64,000 bases of DNA from an uncultured Bacillota bacterium (lineage in GTDB: Bacteria > Bacillota > DTU025 > MWDF01), in the NCBI GenBank assembly GCA_963823655.1, contig CAWGMK010000005.1:25439-89438 (forward strand), written 5' to 3'. Shown here in pieces: positions 19,586 through 30,083 of this stretch. How positions within the stretch are numbered: the first letter of the stretch is position 1; every line of letters begins with the position of its first letter. A program made the position numbers and the translations under genes. The notes under the pieces are model-generated. The model saw nothing but the letters and a program-made list of their open reading frames with translations. It was not told the origin of the DNA and searched no databases.

Positions 19586-19843
19586 GTGTCGGTCTATAGG
19601 TTCACGGATGAGCTTCAATGCCTTGAGCTTGATGAGGCTATGGCTCTTTCGGAAAGGCAGGAGTGCCCCTTCTCGGACAAGGCTTGGCACAGGGAAGTAG
19701 AGGTGCTTGAGACCGCGGCGGGCGAAACTGCCGGTGCAGATTTGAAAAGACGCCTTTGGGCCAGGGTTGTCTCAATAATCGGGGCACATTACAAAGAAGT
19801 GGCATCGCATAACAAGGAACTGGAGACAGAGTTCGACTTCTGA
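19586..19843 (+). CDS. Hypothetical protein
   Basis: 85-aa ORF, no recognisable motif, weak RBS. Confidence 0.35.
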   Translation: MSVYRFTDELQCLELDEAMALSERQECPFSDKAWHREVEVLETAAGETAGADLKRRLWARVVSIIGAHYKEVASHNKELETEFDF

Positions 19844-19954
19844 GGAAATAGGCGGAGCGGCTGTCCGGGCGGCAGCGGATGGCATCCTTTTAAGAACGAG
19901 GCTCCTTAATGGACAAGAGAGACTATCTGTTTACGAAAGGAAGGGTGATTAACA

Positions 19955-20332
19955 ATGCGTTTCATTGGATCTACTGTTTTCATTACAAAACCCGGGGAGT
20001 ACAAAGAGCTTAGGTGCGCGGTATGCGGCAGCATATGCAATGTCAAAAGGAATGTCATGGGCCCTAGGTGCTATGCTGAGGCAGTAGGTAAGCGGGAAGG
20101 GCTCCACGACAAGTATGAGTGCCCGCATGTCGAAGAGGATTGGCATGAGGAGTGTTTCGATCTGAGCTCGCAGTGCAGAGGCATGAGCGGCCCTACACTG
20201 AGGTGGATTGCCGCGAAGGACCTATTTGATAGTTTGGATGGGCACGTAGATGCTCAAAGCAAGGAGTGGTTGAAGAGCAAGCTCTTCGGCAAGAGGCAAA
20301 CCAAAGAGCCTATCGAAGATCAGACCGAATAG
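19955..20332 (+). CDS. Hypothetical Cys/His-rich protein (possible zinc ribbon)
   Basis: AAGGGTGA RBS; CAVCGSIC...HDKYECPH..EDWH; followed by a terminator. Confidence 0.6.
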   Translation: MRFIGSTVFITKPGEYKELRCAVCGSICNVKRNVMGPRCYAEAVGKREGLHDKYECPHVEEDWHEECFDLSSQCRGMSGPTLRWIAAKDLFDSLDGHVDAQSKEWLKSKLFGKRQTKEPIEDQTE

Positions 20333-20339
20333 GCGCATA

Positions 20340-20380
20340 GGGAGTTCTGCCCATACTCAATCGGGCAGAGCCCCCCTTTT
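20340..20380 (+). terminator. Intrinsic terminator
   Basis: GGGAGTTCTGCCC...GGGCAGAGCCCCCC followed by TTTT. Confidence 0.6.
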
Positions 20381-20569
20381 AAGCTACCGGCCTGATACTA
20401 TTAGAAGTCGGATCATGATTATCATAGATATTCATTGTTTTAGGGATATCGATGCACTATATTTATATAAAACGTCCTAGAGGTTCAGGTGCTATGCGTA
20501 TTAGTGCATGGGCCGGTTGATAGGATAATGCATGACCCGAATAGCACTTAGAGCTGATGGAGGACTTTT

Positions 20570-21517
20570 ATGGCGATAAGTCGCAACGAGAAACTTGGTT
20601 ACACTGCATTCCTGGCTGCCTCAATGATTTGGGGCTTCTCATTCATGTTCACAAAGAGGGCGCTGGTGCATCTGGACGGCAGATTGTTCGACCTCCTGTC
20701 CTACAGGTTCGTCATCAGCTCTGTCGTAATGCTTCTGCTATGGGCCTTCCGGCTCATCAAGATAGATTTCAGGGGCAAGGACATAAAGACATTGGTGATA
20801 ATGTCGCTCTTGCAGCCAGGCATTTACTTTATAGTGGAGACCATGGGCATAGCCAGGGTGGCAACTTCGGAAGTGGGCCTTATACTGGCGATGTTCCCTA
20901 TCGTCACCACGGTATTCGGGGTAGCCTTCCTCAACGAGAAGGTCACGACCAAACACTGGGGTTTCATCGTTTTCTCCGTCCTTGGCGTGCTTCTGATAAA
21001 CGGGTTCGGCTATGTGCCGGGCAGCAGCACCAACCTGGGAAGGCTCTTCCTGATAACCGCCGTACTGGTAGGCTCGACCTTCAACATGCTGTCCAGGAAG
21101 CTCTCGACGCAGTTCTCTGCAGAAGAACGTACCATCGCAATGATGTTGATGGGAGCGGTCGTCTTCAGCGCGATTTCGCTTATTAACCACATCGGAGCGG
21201 GCACCATGAGCCTGTACGTCTCAAGCCTTCTGGACCCTGCGTTCACCTTCTCCATATTCTATCTGTCCATAGGCTGCTCGCTCCTGGCATTCTTCTTCAT
21301 GAGCTTCTCGTCGACGCACCTTGAGATGTCGAAGTCATCGGTGCTAGGAAACGCCAATACGCTCGTATCGGTGCTTGCTGGCGTGTTCATATTGCATGAG
21401 CCGTTCTACTGGTATCACATCGTCGGCGGTCTGATCATCGTTGCAGGCGTCGTTGGGGCCGCTCTGGCCTCAAGGGCGATGGTGGATGATACGAAGAGGC
21501 TCATGAGGGCAAGGTAG
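20570..21517 (+). CDS. DMT/EamA family transporter
   Basis: IWGFSF, about ten TM segments, FLNEK and ILHEP repeats; GGAGG RBS. Confidence 0.9.
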   Translation: MAISRNEKLGYTAFLAASMIWGFSFMFTKRALVHLDGRLFDLLSYRFVISSVVMLLLWAFRLIKIDFRGKDIKTLVIMSLLQPGIYFIVETMGIARVATSEVGLILAMFPIVTTVFGVAFLNEKVTTKHWGFIVFSVLGVLLINGFGYVPGSSTNLGRLFLITAVLVGSTFNMLSRKLSTQFSAEERTIAMMLMGAVVFSAISLINHIGAGTMSLYVSSLLDPAFTFSIFYLSIGCSLLAFFFMSFSSTHLEMSKSSVLGNANTLVSVLAGVFILHEPFYWYHIVGGLIIVAGVVGAALASRAMVDDTKRLMRAR

Positions 21518-21559
21518 AACCGAAAGGGAGCCTTGTAGTGATACAGGTCCACATTGATT

Positions 21560-21595
21560 AAGGGAGAGGTTACGATTTGTTCGCCTCTCCCTTTT
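21560..21595. terminator. Intrinsic terminator between convergent genes
   Basis: AAGGGAGAGGT...GCCTCTCCCTTTT. Confidence 0.6.
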
Positions 21596-21626
21596 CGCAT
21601 CCATAGAGCGTATAACCCAGGCAGGA

Positions 21627-22994
21627 CTATATGTGCGTCCTGACTTCAGTGGATACAGCTGAAGGCTTTCCTGCCCTGCCTTCGGCCAGTATGGGGCCAT
21701 AGACCTCCCTGTCTTTTATAGGGCAGCCCGCCTGCATCCTGTCACGCATCAGAACTGTGCAGTTGGAGCAGGAGATGCAGGATTTCTTGGGATCCATGGA
21801 GCCGGTCTCAATCAGATCCTTGGCGAAGTCGGGGTAGGCGAAAGCCATGCGGCCGAAACCGATAATATCGGCCCAGCCATTCTTGAGGACCGCAGCCCCC
21901 ACATAAGGCGCGAATTGCCTGAGCCAGGAGTAGCCCGTCGCGACAATCGTCATGCCCGGCACTGCTTCCTTGATTTGCCTCGTAAGGCCGATCATGGCCG
22001 CGATACGCTCAAGCGGGTGTTCGGGCGGCAGGTACGAACCCGTATCGAAGGGCCGCCCAATATGAGGGTTGTAGTAGGGGTTCCCGAAGGTTACATCCAC
22101 AAGCCCGACGCCCTTATCGTACAGCTTCTTAATCAGCTCAATGGGCTCGGAAAGGTCGGGCACAGGATGGCCTTCTGTTTCATCCGACGTTCCCCAGCCA
22201 TATGGGAACTGGATTGCATCGTACACATTCATCCTTGTGGCGATCTCAATTCTGCCCCCGACAGCAGAGCTAATAGCGTCTAGCGCCTCCATGAAGAGCC
22301 TCGTCCTGTTCTCGAGGCTTCCGCCATACCTGCCGGGCCTCATCCTTGCGCCGAACAGCTCCGACATGAGGTATCTATGACAGGCCTTGATGTCTATCGC
22401 GTCGAAGCCTGCCTCCATCGCGATAGATGCAGCCTCTGCATATTTCTCCGGAAGCGACGCCAGGTATGAATCGGTCAATAACTCTGCATTATCAGGGATC
22501 TTCATGAAATTATCCAGCTCAGGGACCCTTGCACCCAACAAAGGTTCCGGCTTCGAGTACCTTCCAGAGTGGGTCAGCTGCTTCACCGTGAACGGTCTTG
22601 TACCCGTGGACTTCGCCGCTTCATCCAAGGAGGAATCGAGCATCTGCTTAAGGCTGCCCAGAGTATCCTTGGAGGCAACCAGCTGTCTGGGATTGGCCCT
22701 GCCCTCGCTCACTACCGCGGTGGCCTCGAACCAAAGAAGTCCTGCCCCGCCCGCCCCGAAGCGCCTGTAGCGGCGCAGCGTAAGCTCGCTAGGCCTGCCA
22801 TCAGCGGTGCCGTCGCAACCTTCCATGGGCTGAATCGCAAGCCTGTTGGGCATAATATGCGACCTGAAAGAAAAGGGCTCTAAAAGAGGGGAAATATCAT
22901 CCTGTACTGGTATCTTGTCATCCAAGCCCAGGTTATGGATGCCCATCTTCAGATCATCCAGGCTCTTATATGCGAATTTGCCGTGTTCGCTCAT
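21627..22994 (-). CDS. NADH:flavin oxidoreductase (Old Yellow Enzyme family) with C-terminal Cys cluster
   Basis: NRLAIQPMEG, QLTHSGR, AGFDAIDIKACHRYL, YGGSLENR.R, CISCSNC...GC. Confidence 0.88.
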   Translation of the reverse strand: MSEHGKFAYKSLDDLKMGIHNLGLDDKIPVQDDISPLLEPFSFRSHIMPNRLAIQPMEGCDGTADGRPSELTLRRYRRFGAGGAGLLWFEATAVVSEGRANPRQLVASKDTLGSLKQMLDSSLDEAAKSTGTRPFTVKQLTHSGRYSKPEPLLGARVPELDNFMKIPDNAELLTDSYLASLPEKYAEAASIAMEAGFDAIDIKACHRYLMSELFGARMRPGRYGGSLENRTRLFMEALDAISSAVGGRIEIATRMNVYDAIQFPYGWGTSDETEGHPVPDLSEPIELIKKLYDKGVGLVDVTFGNPYYNPHIGRPFDTGSYLPPEHPLERIAAMIGLTRQIKEAVPGMTIVATGYSWLRQFAPYVGAAVLKNGWADIIGFGRMAFAYPDFAKDLIETGSMDPKKSCISCSNCTVLMRDRMQAGCPIKDREVYGPILAEGRAGKPSAVSTEVRTHI

Positions 22995-23068
22995 GTTTTG
23001 CTCCTCGGCCGTAAGAATTGGATCCCAGAGAACCTTTCGTCCATTTGCCCCAGATTATTAGTCCTATC

Positions 23069-24175
23069 TCAGCCCTGGATTACCGCTTTAACCGCGAGCC
23101 TGTCGCGTATCGCCCCCAGCGCCTCGTTCGCCTGCTCAAGCTTGAACCTGTGTGTAACAAGCTTGGAATAGGGAAGGGGATTTGCGGCAACCAGGCTGAA
23201 CGCCTGGTCCAGATGCCTTGTGTCGCTCACCCATGATCCCTGAAGGCTCACTGTCGGCCTTACTAGGGATGAGAAGATGTCTATCTCCATCTTTCCTGCA
23301 GGCACGCCGAAACCCGGAAGGCTGACCGTGCCGCCCGTAGCGACCATGCCAAGCGCTTCGGCTACTATCTCATGATGCCCGGCTGCGTCGAATACTACTT
23401 CTGCCCCGCGCCCTCCCGTTATATCCATTACGGCTTCAAGCCGCTGCTTCGCGGTAGTCTGCCCCCTGTTGATCGTATGGTTTGCCCCCAGCTCCCGGCA
23501 TATGTCCAGGCGAAGGCCGGTGCCCCCTATTACGATTACGTCTTGAGCGCCTCGCGCCTTTGCGAAGCCCGTAAGGAATGCGCCCAGCGGCCCTGGGCCG
23601 AAGACTATCACGGTATCGCCGATGCTAATGTTTGCCATCTCTATTGCATGTGCCGCCGTGGCGCCCGAGCAGGAGGCAGCGACCAATACTGCAGGGTCTA
23701 TCCCTTCTGCCCCCCTGGACTTCAGCTTAATAATCTTGGTGCCGGGCCTCAGGATGATGTGGGAGGCGTAGCAGCCGTTCAAATGTGGCGGCTCATTGAA
23801 GCCGAAGTGCACCCCGTATGCCTTCCTCGTCTTGCATAGGGCCTGGCGCCTCTTGACAGTGCATTCGCGGCATATTCCGCACGATAATCCGCGGTCCCAG
23901 ATGATCGCATCGCCCTCTTCTAACAGGTGGCCGTCCATGTCGATAACTCTGCCCTGGACCTTCTCCGCTATTCCCACGCCTTCATGGCCGATGACGATGG
24001 GAAGCTTGGTCCTCGGGTCCTTGCCCTCGCAAGTGTGAAGGTCGGAGCCGCATACGCCGGATGCCGTAAGGCGGACTAGGACTGTGCCCTCATCAAGGCT
24101 TTCAACGGGCACCTCGCGCATCACTAGAGGCTCCTTGAACTTCTCGAGCACCATCGCCCTTGCCACGGTGATCAT
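23069..24175 (-). CDS. Zinc-dependent (MDR) alcohol dehydrogenase
   Basis: GVCGSD, GHEG, CGICREC...C, GPGPLG; ATG 24175 overlaps the upstream stop (ATGA). Confidence 0.9.
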   Translation of the reverse strand: MITVARAMVLEKFKEPLVMREVPVESLDEGTVLVRLTASGVCGSDLHTCEGKDPRTKLPIVIGHEGVGIAEKVQGRVIDMDGHLLEEGDAIIWDRGLSCGICRECTVKRRQALCKTRKAYGVHFGFNEPPHLNGCYASHIILRPGTKIIKLKSRGAEGIDPAVLVAASCSGATAAHAIEMANISIGDTVIVFGPGPLGAFLTGFAKARGAQDVIVIGGTGLRLDICRELGANHTINRGQTTAKQRLEAVMDITGGRGAEVVFDAAGHHEIVAEALGMVATGGTVSLPGFGVPAGKMEIDIFSSLVRPTVSLQGSWVSDTRHLDQAFSLVAANPLPYSKLVTHRFKLEQANEALGAIRDRLAVKAVIQG

Positions 24176-26010
24176 CCTCTGGCACCTACCTTCTCGGGCC
24201 GGGCGTCCGACTTGTCGGGCTCCCTGACTACAATTTCGTCCTTGCTTACCACTATATATTTCCTCCATTGGGCGTTGTCGCCGGGCAGAGGCATCTTGTC
24301 ATCGATGTCCGCGAACATGAGATGGGGGCCTCGGCTTTCGGTGCGCAGGGCTGCAGATCTTAGTATCGAAAGGCCCACTTCGAACATAAGGCGCGTTTCC
24401 GCCGCGTGCAAAGGGCCCTGCTCGTCCTCGGCGACTCCGGAGGATCTCAATACCTCCAGCTCCGCGGCCGCGCTGCGTAGCCTGTCCGCAGTCCTCAGAA
24501 CCCCGCATGACGATGACATGATGCGCCTAAGATGTGCCCTGGCATCGGTCGAGGGAATGCCTTCAAAGAAGCTCCCCGGGGTGGATGAAGGTGCGATGAA
24601 GGAAGGTTCACACGAAGCCTCGCTTCTTCCGCCCTTGATGATGCTCGCGGCGGCACACTCTCCCGCCATCCTGCCGAATACCTGGCCGTCCAAAAGGGCG
24701 TTGCCTCCGGGCCTGTTGGCCCCGTGCTGTCCTCCTGCGGCCTCTCCCGCCGCGAACAGCCCTTTTATGCAAGTCTCACCGTCCTGGTCGATCTTGATGC
24801 CGCCCTGAAAGTGCTGTATGCAGGGGGCAAGGCGTATCTTGTCGCCTTCTATAAGGTCTATTTGCCTGTCCTTGAACCACTTGATGACCGGAGGGTTGAT
24901 CTCCCTAAGCCTCCAGATGGGCGATTCGTCCCTGGCACCGAATAAGGGTTCCTTTATCTCGGCCTTATATCTGGCAACGATGTCCTCGGGAAAACGCAAG
25001 AAGTCGAAGCCCTCGGGGTTCTCCATGAAGCTGAGATATATGCTGTGGCCGGCTTCAATCTCCCTTGCCACTGCCACATCTATCAGGAAGGTCCTGTGCT
25101 CAACAGAGGTGGGCCACGTGGCGCCCTTCCTGAACACCAGCTCATAGACCTTCATCGGGTCCTCGCCGGGGAAGTACTTGAGCAGGAACTGCTCGCCCAG
25201 TTCGTTCAGAAACTGCGGCACGCATCTCATCATGCTTCCTGAGCAGGCAAGCTTGGTATCCAGCGACGCGAGGCCTATTTGAATGAATTCCATGTTCACA
25301 AGCTCGGCGCCTGCCAGAAGGGCGGCGCCTGTCGCAGAGCCTGTTGACTCCTCTGGGAAGAGGTTCGTTTCGAATAGCTGCCCCGGGCCTCCGGTCGCGA
25401 GCACAACGGCCCCCGCGCATATAGTAAGAGGCAATTCATCATCGCCTGAGCCCGGTTCGCCAAGGAAAACCGCACCGCACGCCCTGCCATCAGCTGTCAG
25501 CACTTCAATCAGGCAGACATCCTCGATTATCCTCACAGGGAGGGACTTTAAATGACGGACAAGGGCTGCCTCGATGTGCACGGCAGTATAGGGGCCGGTA
25601 TAACAAGCCCTAGGGTATTCAGAGCCATCCGTTACGAACTGGTGGGGTCTGCCCGACTCATCCTTGGAGAAAGGCACTCCGAGCGCGTCCAGGTAGTCGA
25701 AGGCTTCAGCAGAGCGTGCGGCCAGTATCTGCGCAAGCGGCACGTCCGAGACTTGGCCTCCGATTTCGAAAATGTCCTGGGCGTGATATTTCCAGCTATC
25801 AGACCCGCCCGGCTCGGTTGTGGGCAGCGTGGCATGGAAGGCCATGCGGTCAGAGCAGGCTTTTGAAGTGACGCCGCTGACGCCTAGCTTTCCCCTTGTG
25901 GCCAGCATTACTTCTAAATCGGGCCTGGATTCGATAGCGGCGATTGCAGCCCTAAGAGCGGCACCTCCGCTTCCTACTACCAGAACGTCGGTTTTTATGG
26001 TTTTCTCCAT
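24172..26010 (-). CDS. FAD-binding protein, SdhA/FrdA/NadB superfamily, unknown substrate
   Basis: DVLVVGSGGA, VLATGG, NMEFIQ, HFQGG, GLFAAGEAAGGQHGANRPGGNAL, ESRGPH; no Fe-S or membrane subunits adjacent. Confidence 0.85.
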   Translation of the reverse strand: MEKTIKTDVLVVGSGGAALRAAIAAIESRPDLEVMLATRGKLGVSGVTSKACSDRMAFHATLPTTEPGGSDSWKYHAQDIFEIGGQVSDVPLAQILAARSAEAFDYLDALGVPFSKDESGRPHQFVTDGSEYPRACYTGPYTAVHIEAALVRHLKSLPVRIIEDVCLIEVLTADGRACGAVFLGEPGSGDDELPLTICAGAVVLATGGPGQLFETNLFPEESTGSATGAALLAGAELVNMEFIQIGLASLDTKLACSGSMMRCVPQFLNELGEQFLLKYFPGEDPMKVYELVFRKGATWPTSVEHRTFLIDVAVAREIEAGHSIYLSFMENPEGFDFLRFPEDIVARYKAEIKEPLFGARDESPIWRLREINPPVIKWFKDRQIDLIEGDKIRLAPCIQHFQGGIKIDQDGETCIKGLFAAGEAAGGQHGANRPGGNALLDGQVFGRMAGECAAASIIKGGRSEASCEPSFIAPSSTPGSFFEGIPSTDARAHLRRIMSSSCGVLRTADRLRSAAAELEVLRSSGVAEDEQGPLHAAETRLMFEVGLSILRSAALRTESRGPHLMFADIDDKMPLPGDNAQWRKYIVVSKDEIVVREPDKSDARPEKVGARG

Positions 26011-26094
26011 CAGAACCCTCCTTGTTAAAGGCGGTTAAGGGCTTATGTTTGGCGTTTTTGGGGCCTTCGCCGTCTTCTCTTAAGGGGTCGGGCC

Positions 26095-27129
26095 TCAGCG
26101 CTGCACTCTTCCCGAAGCATCCCCTGCGGCGAGGGCTTTGACCTCAGCCACGCTCACCAGGTTGAAATCCCCCGTTATGGTGTGCTTAAGGCAGGAGGCG
26201 GCAGCTGCGAAATCGATTGAGGGCTGCGGCCCCATCTCTGACAATATGGAGTAGATAAGGCCGGCCGCGAAAGAGTCTCCTCCGCCTACGCGATCCACGA
26301 TATGAACATCATAGTGCTTTGAGAAGAAGGATTTGCCGCCCTCAAAGAGCATGCCGCCCCAGCCGTTATCTGAGGCCGACCTGCTTTCTCGAAGGGTGAT
26401 GGCTACTTTATCGAAGCCGAACTTGTCGGTCAGCTTCTTTGCCACTTCAACGTAGGCTTCGCTGGACAGCTCCCCCTTGGTGACGTCCGTGCCTGTGGCT
26501 TTGATGCCGAACACGCTGTCAGCGTCCTCCTCGTTTCCGATGAGCACATCGACGTAGGGCATTAGGTTCTCCATGACGCTCCTGGCCTTCTCCTTGCTCC
26601 AGAGCTTCTTTCTGTAGTTGAGGTCGGCGCTAACTCTTATGCCGAGCTCCTTGGCCACTTCAAGGGCCTCTAGGGTGACTTCTGCTGCCGAGTCTCCGAG
26701 AGCCGGCGTAATGCCTGTGAAGTGGAACCAGTCAGCGTCCTTGAAAATCTTCTCCCAGTCGAAGTCCCCAACTTTGACCTGGGATATGGAGGAGCCGGCG
26801 CGGTCATATATCACCTTGGAGGCGCGCTGGGAGGCGCCGTTTTCACAGTAGTAGAGCCCGAGCCGGTCGCCTGCGCGCAGAATGGAGTCGGTTTTCACGC
26901 CATAGTTGCGCACAGAATTGATGGCGCACTGGCCGATCTCGTGGTCCGGCACGCTGGTTACGAAGTGAGAATCCAGACCGAAATTAGCCAAAGATACGGC
27001 AACGTTGGCCTCGCCTCCGCCGTATGTGGCATCAAACGAATTCGACTGGACAAAGCGGCCGTAGCCGGGAGGGGAGAGGCGGAGCATTATCTCACCGAAA
27101 GTGACTACTTTAGCAGGTTTGCCGTTCAT
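26095..27129 (-). CDS. kdgK: PfkB family sugar kinase, 2-keto-3-deoxygluconate kinase-like
   Basis: FGEIMLRL, YGGGEANVA, YDRAGS, DLNYRKKLW, DRVGGGDSFAAG; AGGAGG RBS before ATG 27129. Confidence 0.8.
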   Translation of the reverse strand: MNGKPAKVVTFGEIMLRLSPPGYGRFVQSNSFDATYGGGEANVAVSLANFGLDSHFVTSVPDHEIGQCAINSVRNYGVKTDSILRAGDRLGLYYCENGASQRASKVIYDRAGSSISQVKVGDFDWEKIFKDADWFHFTGITPALGDSAAEVTLEALEVAKELGIRVSADLNYRKKLWSKEKARSVMENLMPYVDVLIGNEEDADSVFGIKATGTDVTKGELSSEAYVEVAKKLTDKFGFDKVAITLRESRSASDNGWGGMLFEGGKSFFSKHYDVHIVDRVGGGDSFAAGLIYSILSEMGPQPSIDFAAAASCLKHTITGDFNLVSVAEVKALAAGDASGRVQR

Positions 27130-27326
27130 ATATGCCTCCTGATTAAACGCCGAAGGCGGAATTGTCCTGTCACAAATCAATTATGCCATCTAAATGACCT
27201 TTAACCAAACCCTGAAGGGCTTAGAAAGAGTACGATTATTTGATAGCAGCAGGTTATGCTTAATAAATGATAGTATTGAGATATTCCACAACAAGTATCA
27301 AACAATAACAATTACAAGTTGAGTCT

Positions 27327-29748
27327 ATGTTGGGAGGGTCTCGATTGTCCTTGCCGGATGCTGGCGCAATTATCGGCGGCGACGACCACCTGTTACCTTA
27401 TCTGGAGGAAGCCTTTTCGAAAGCGCACGATGTTAGGATCATCGTCTCTTTCCTTATGGAATCAGGGGGCGAAGATTATACTTCCCAAGCTTCAAGAAGC
27501 TGCAGGCAGAGGAACCAGCATAAAGATAGTTACCAGCACATATCTATCCGTTACAGAGCCACCTGCGTTGTATCTTCTTATGGATGGACTGGGAGAAAGT
27601 GCCGACATAAGACTTTTCAACGAACCGGGTCGGTCATTCCATCCAAAAGCGTACCTCTTCGACTACGGCGATTTCAAAGAAGCGTTCATCGGTTCATCCA
27701 ATCTTTCAAGATCAGGCCTGACGACAGGGATTGAGTGGAATTACAGGATCAGGAGCTCCGAAACAGAGTCAAACCACAGCGACATATCCAAGTTTAAAGA
27801 GGAATTTGACAACATCTATTCCCACAGATCCAGAGTCATGACAGAGGACCTGCTCAAGCAATATGCTATCTCCTGGAAGCAGCCCCAGCTCAGATTCGAT
27901 CCGATTGCGGGGATGCCGATGAGCCCCATTTTCAAAGGGAAGATTGAGCCCAGGGGAATGCAGATAGAAGCACTGTATCATCTTAAAAAATCACGGGAAG
28001 ATGAAGTAAGAAAAGGCCTAGTTGTTGCCCCTACCGGGATTGGGAAGACATACATTGCGGCTTTCGACTCAAGAAAGTTTAAAAAAGTCCTGTACATTGC
28101 CCACCGGGAAGAGATTTTGGCGCAGGCCAAGGAGTCTTTCGAGAGAATAAGGCCAGGTAACTCGACTGGTATCATTATGGGCAATCTTAATCAAGCAGAT
28201 TCCGATATATGTTTTGCGAGCGTCCAGACTTTAAGCAAAGACGACAGGCTCAAGTCAATTCCCGAGGATAAATTTGACTATATTGTTGTAGATGAGTTCC
28301 ATCATGCTGCTGCAGACAGCTATACCAAAGTGTTAGGGCACTTCAAGCCTCAGTTCACTTTAGGGCTTACTGCGACGCCTTACAGAATGGACAACAGGGA
28401 TATCTTTACGCTATGTGATGACAACGTTATCTACGAATTGTACCTGAAGGAGGCAATAAACAGAGGATACCTCGCTCCTTTCAGGTATTACGGCATATAC
28501 GACGAGGAAGCACATTACGAAAATATCCAGATAAGAAACGGGCAATATGACGTAAACCAACTTGAAAAGGAGCTGTCCACTCAAAATAGAGCCGATCTTG
28601 TACTTCAAAAATACAGGACCTTAGCAGGCGTCTCTACTTTAGGCTTCTGCGTCAGTATAGCTCATGCTGAGTATATGGCAGAGTATTTCACTGACAACGG
28701 GATAAGGGCCGTCTGCTGCCATAGCGGCGCCGAAAGAGGACGCTGTTACGTTGATAGGTCTCAAGCAATCAAGGGGCTCAAAGACAGGACAACTAGTGTT
28801 GTTTTTGCAGTCGACATATTCAATGAAGGTGTCGATGTTCCTTCATTGGACACGGTAATGTTCCTGAGGCCCACAGAATCTTTTGTGGTTTTCCTTCAGC
28901 AGCTGGGTAGAGGGCTGAGGAAAGATAAGGACAAGCCATTCCTTACGGTATTGGATTTCATAGGTAATTACAGAAAGGCCCACTATATACCATCTCTGCT
29001 TGCCGGGGAGAACCCATCTGCTGAGCGCGCCAAAGGGGTCAGGCCGACGGATTTGGAATTTCCGGAACTATGTCAGGTCAATTTCGATTTAAGGGTTTTG
29101 GATTTGTTCGATACATTGGCTAAGAACGATCCCTTACCTAAACGGATGAAGGACGAATACTTCAGGATCAAGTCATTTCTGAAAAGAAAGCCGACCAGAA
29201 CAGACATTTATGAGGGATCGGACATACCTTTTAGGGTATTTGTAAAAGAAGGCTGGCTTAGATTCCTGGAAAGCTGCGAGGAGTTGGACGTTACTGAAGC
29301 AGAGTGGCTTAACAGCCCAGTCGAGGAATTCCTAAAGAGCGTGGAGAAGACATCATTCACAAAAGCATATAAAGTTCCGACGATACTCTCGTTCGTGGAT
29401 GAGAACGGAGATATGAGGGGCGATGCCGCCCTAGATGCGATAGGCGCGAAGATGAAGGCATTTTACGAAAGCAATCCAATCTACGGAAGGGATATGACTG
29501 ACGCAAAGAACAAGGATTGGCGCAGATGGGACATTAAGAAGTTCGCCAGGCACGCTGAGGAGAACCCTGTCCACTTCCTTTCCTCATCGGAAGACAGCTT
29601 CTTCCACTATGATAAGGTTAACAAGGTGTTAGCATTGGATGAGTCGCTGGTCCCGTTCATAGGTAGGAAGCTTGCAGCGCACATCTTGGACATTTTAAAG
29701 CAGAGGACAATAAATCATTTTGCCACTAGGTACAGAGAGAATGGCTGA
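27327..29748 (+). CDS. PLD-nuclease + SF2 (ResIII-like) helicase fusion, SauUSI-like; frameshift in GGGGG run 27465-27469
   Basis: IVSFLMESG joins AKII after removing one G; FHPKAY...GSSNLS...EWN (PLD); APTGIGKT, DEFHH, TATP, EGVDVP, QQLGRGLR (helicase). Confidence 0.87.
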
Positions 29749-29764
29749 GCCTTGAGGAGGGCAT

Positions 29765-30082
29765 ATGTCTACGATAATCTTTAAGAAGCTTGTCAGGGAC
29801 AGGGTACCCGAAATTATTAGAGAATCAGGCAAAGCATGTTGTGTTGAGCAATTGAGCGAAGAGGATTACATTACTGAGCTGTACAGGAAGTTAGATGAGG
29901 AGACTTCAGAATTCAAACAGAGCAGGAGCACTGATGAGCTCGCAGACATATTAGAAGTGATTTTTGCGATTTCTGAAGCGAGAGGGATTTCGGTCCGTGA
30001 GCTTGAGCAGAAAAGGCTGGACAAGGCGGAGGTAAGGGGAGCATTCAAGAAGAGGGTCTTTTTGATATCGGTGGAGGAATAA
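29765..30082 (+). CDS. MazG-like/phosphoribosyl-ATP pyrophosphohydrolase-like nucleotide pyrophosphatase
   Basis: KLVRDRVPEII, KLDEE..EF, ELADILEV, K...RGAF; GAGGAGG RBS. Confidence 0.83.
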   Translation: MSTIIFKKLVRDRVPEIIRESGKACCVEQLSEEDYITELYRKLDEETSEFKQSRSTDELADILEVIFAISEARGISVRELEQKRLDKAEVRGAFKKRVFLISVEE

Positions 30083-30083
30083 A

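Noticed and set aside
20489-20548. Leader hairpin GTGCTAT...ATAGCAC as a riboswitch for the DMT gene
   Set aside because: No recognisable aptamer consensus and no expression platform.
24172-26010. sdhA/frdA or nadB
   Set aside because: No partner subunits or nadA/nadC nearby, and the active-site segments diverge.
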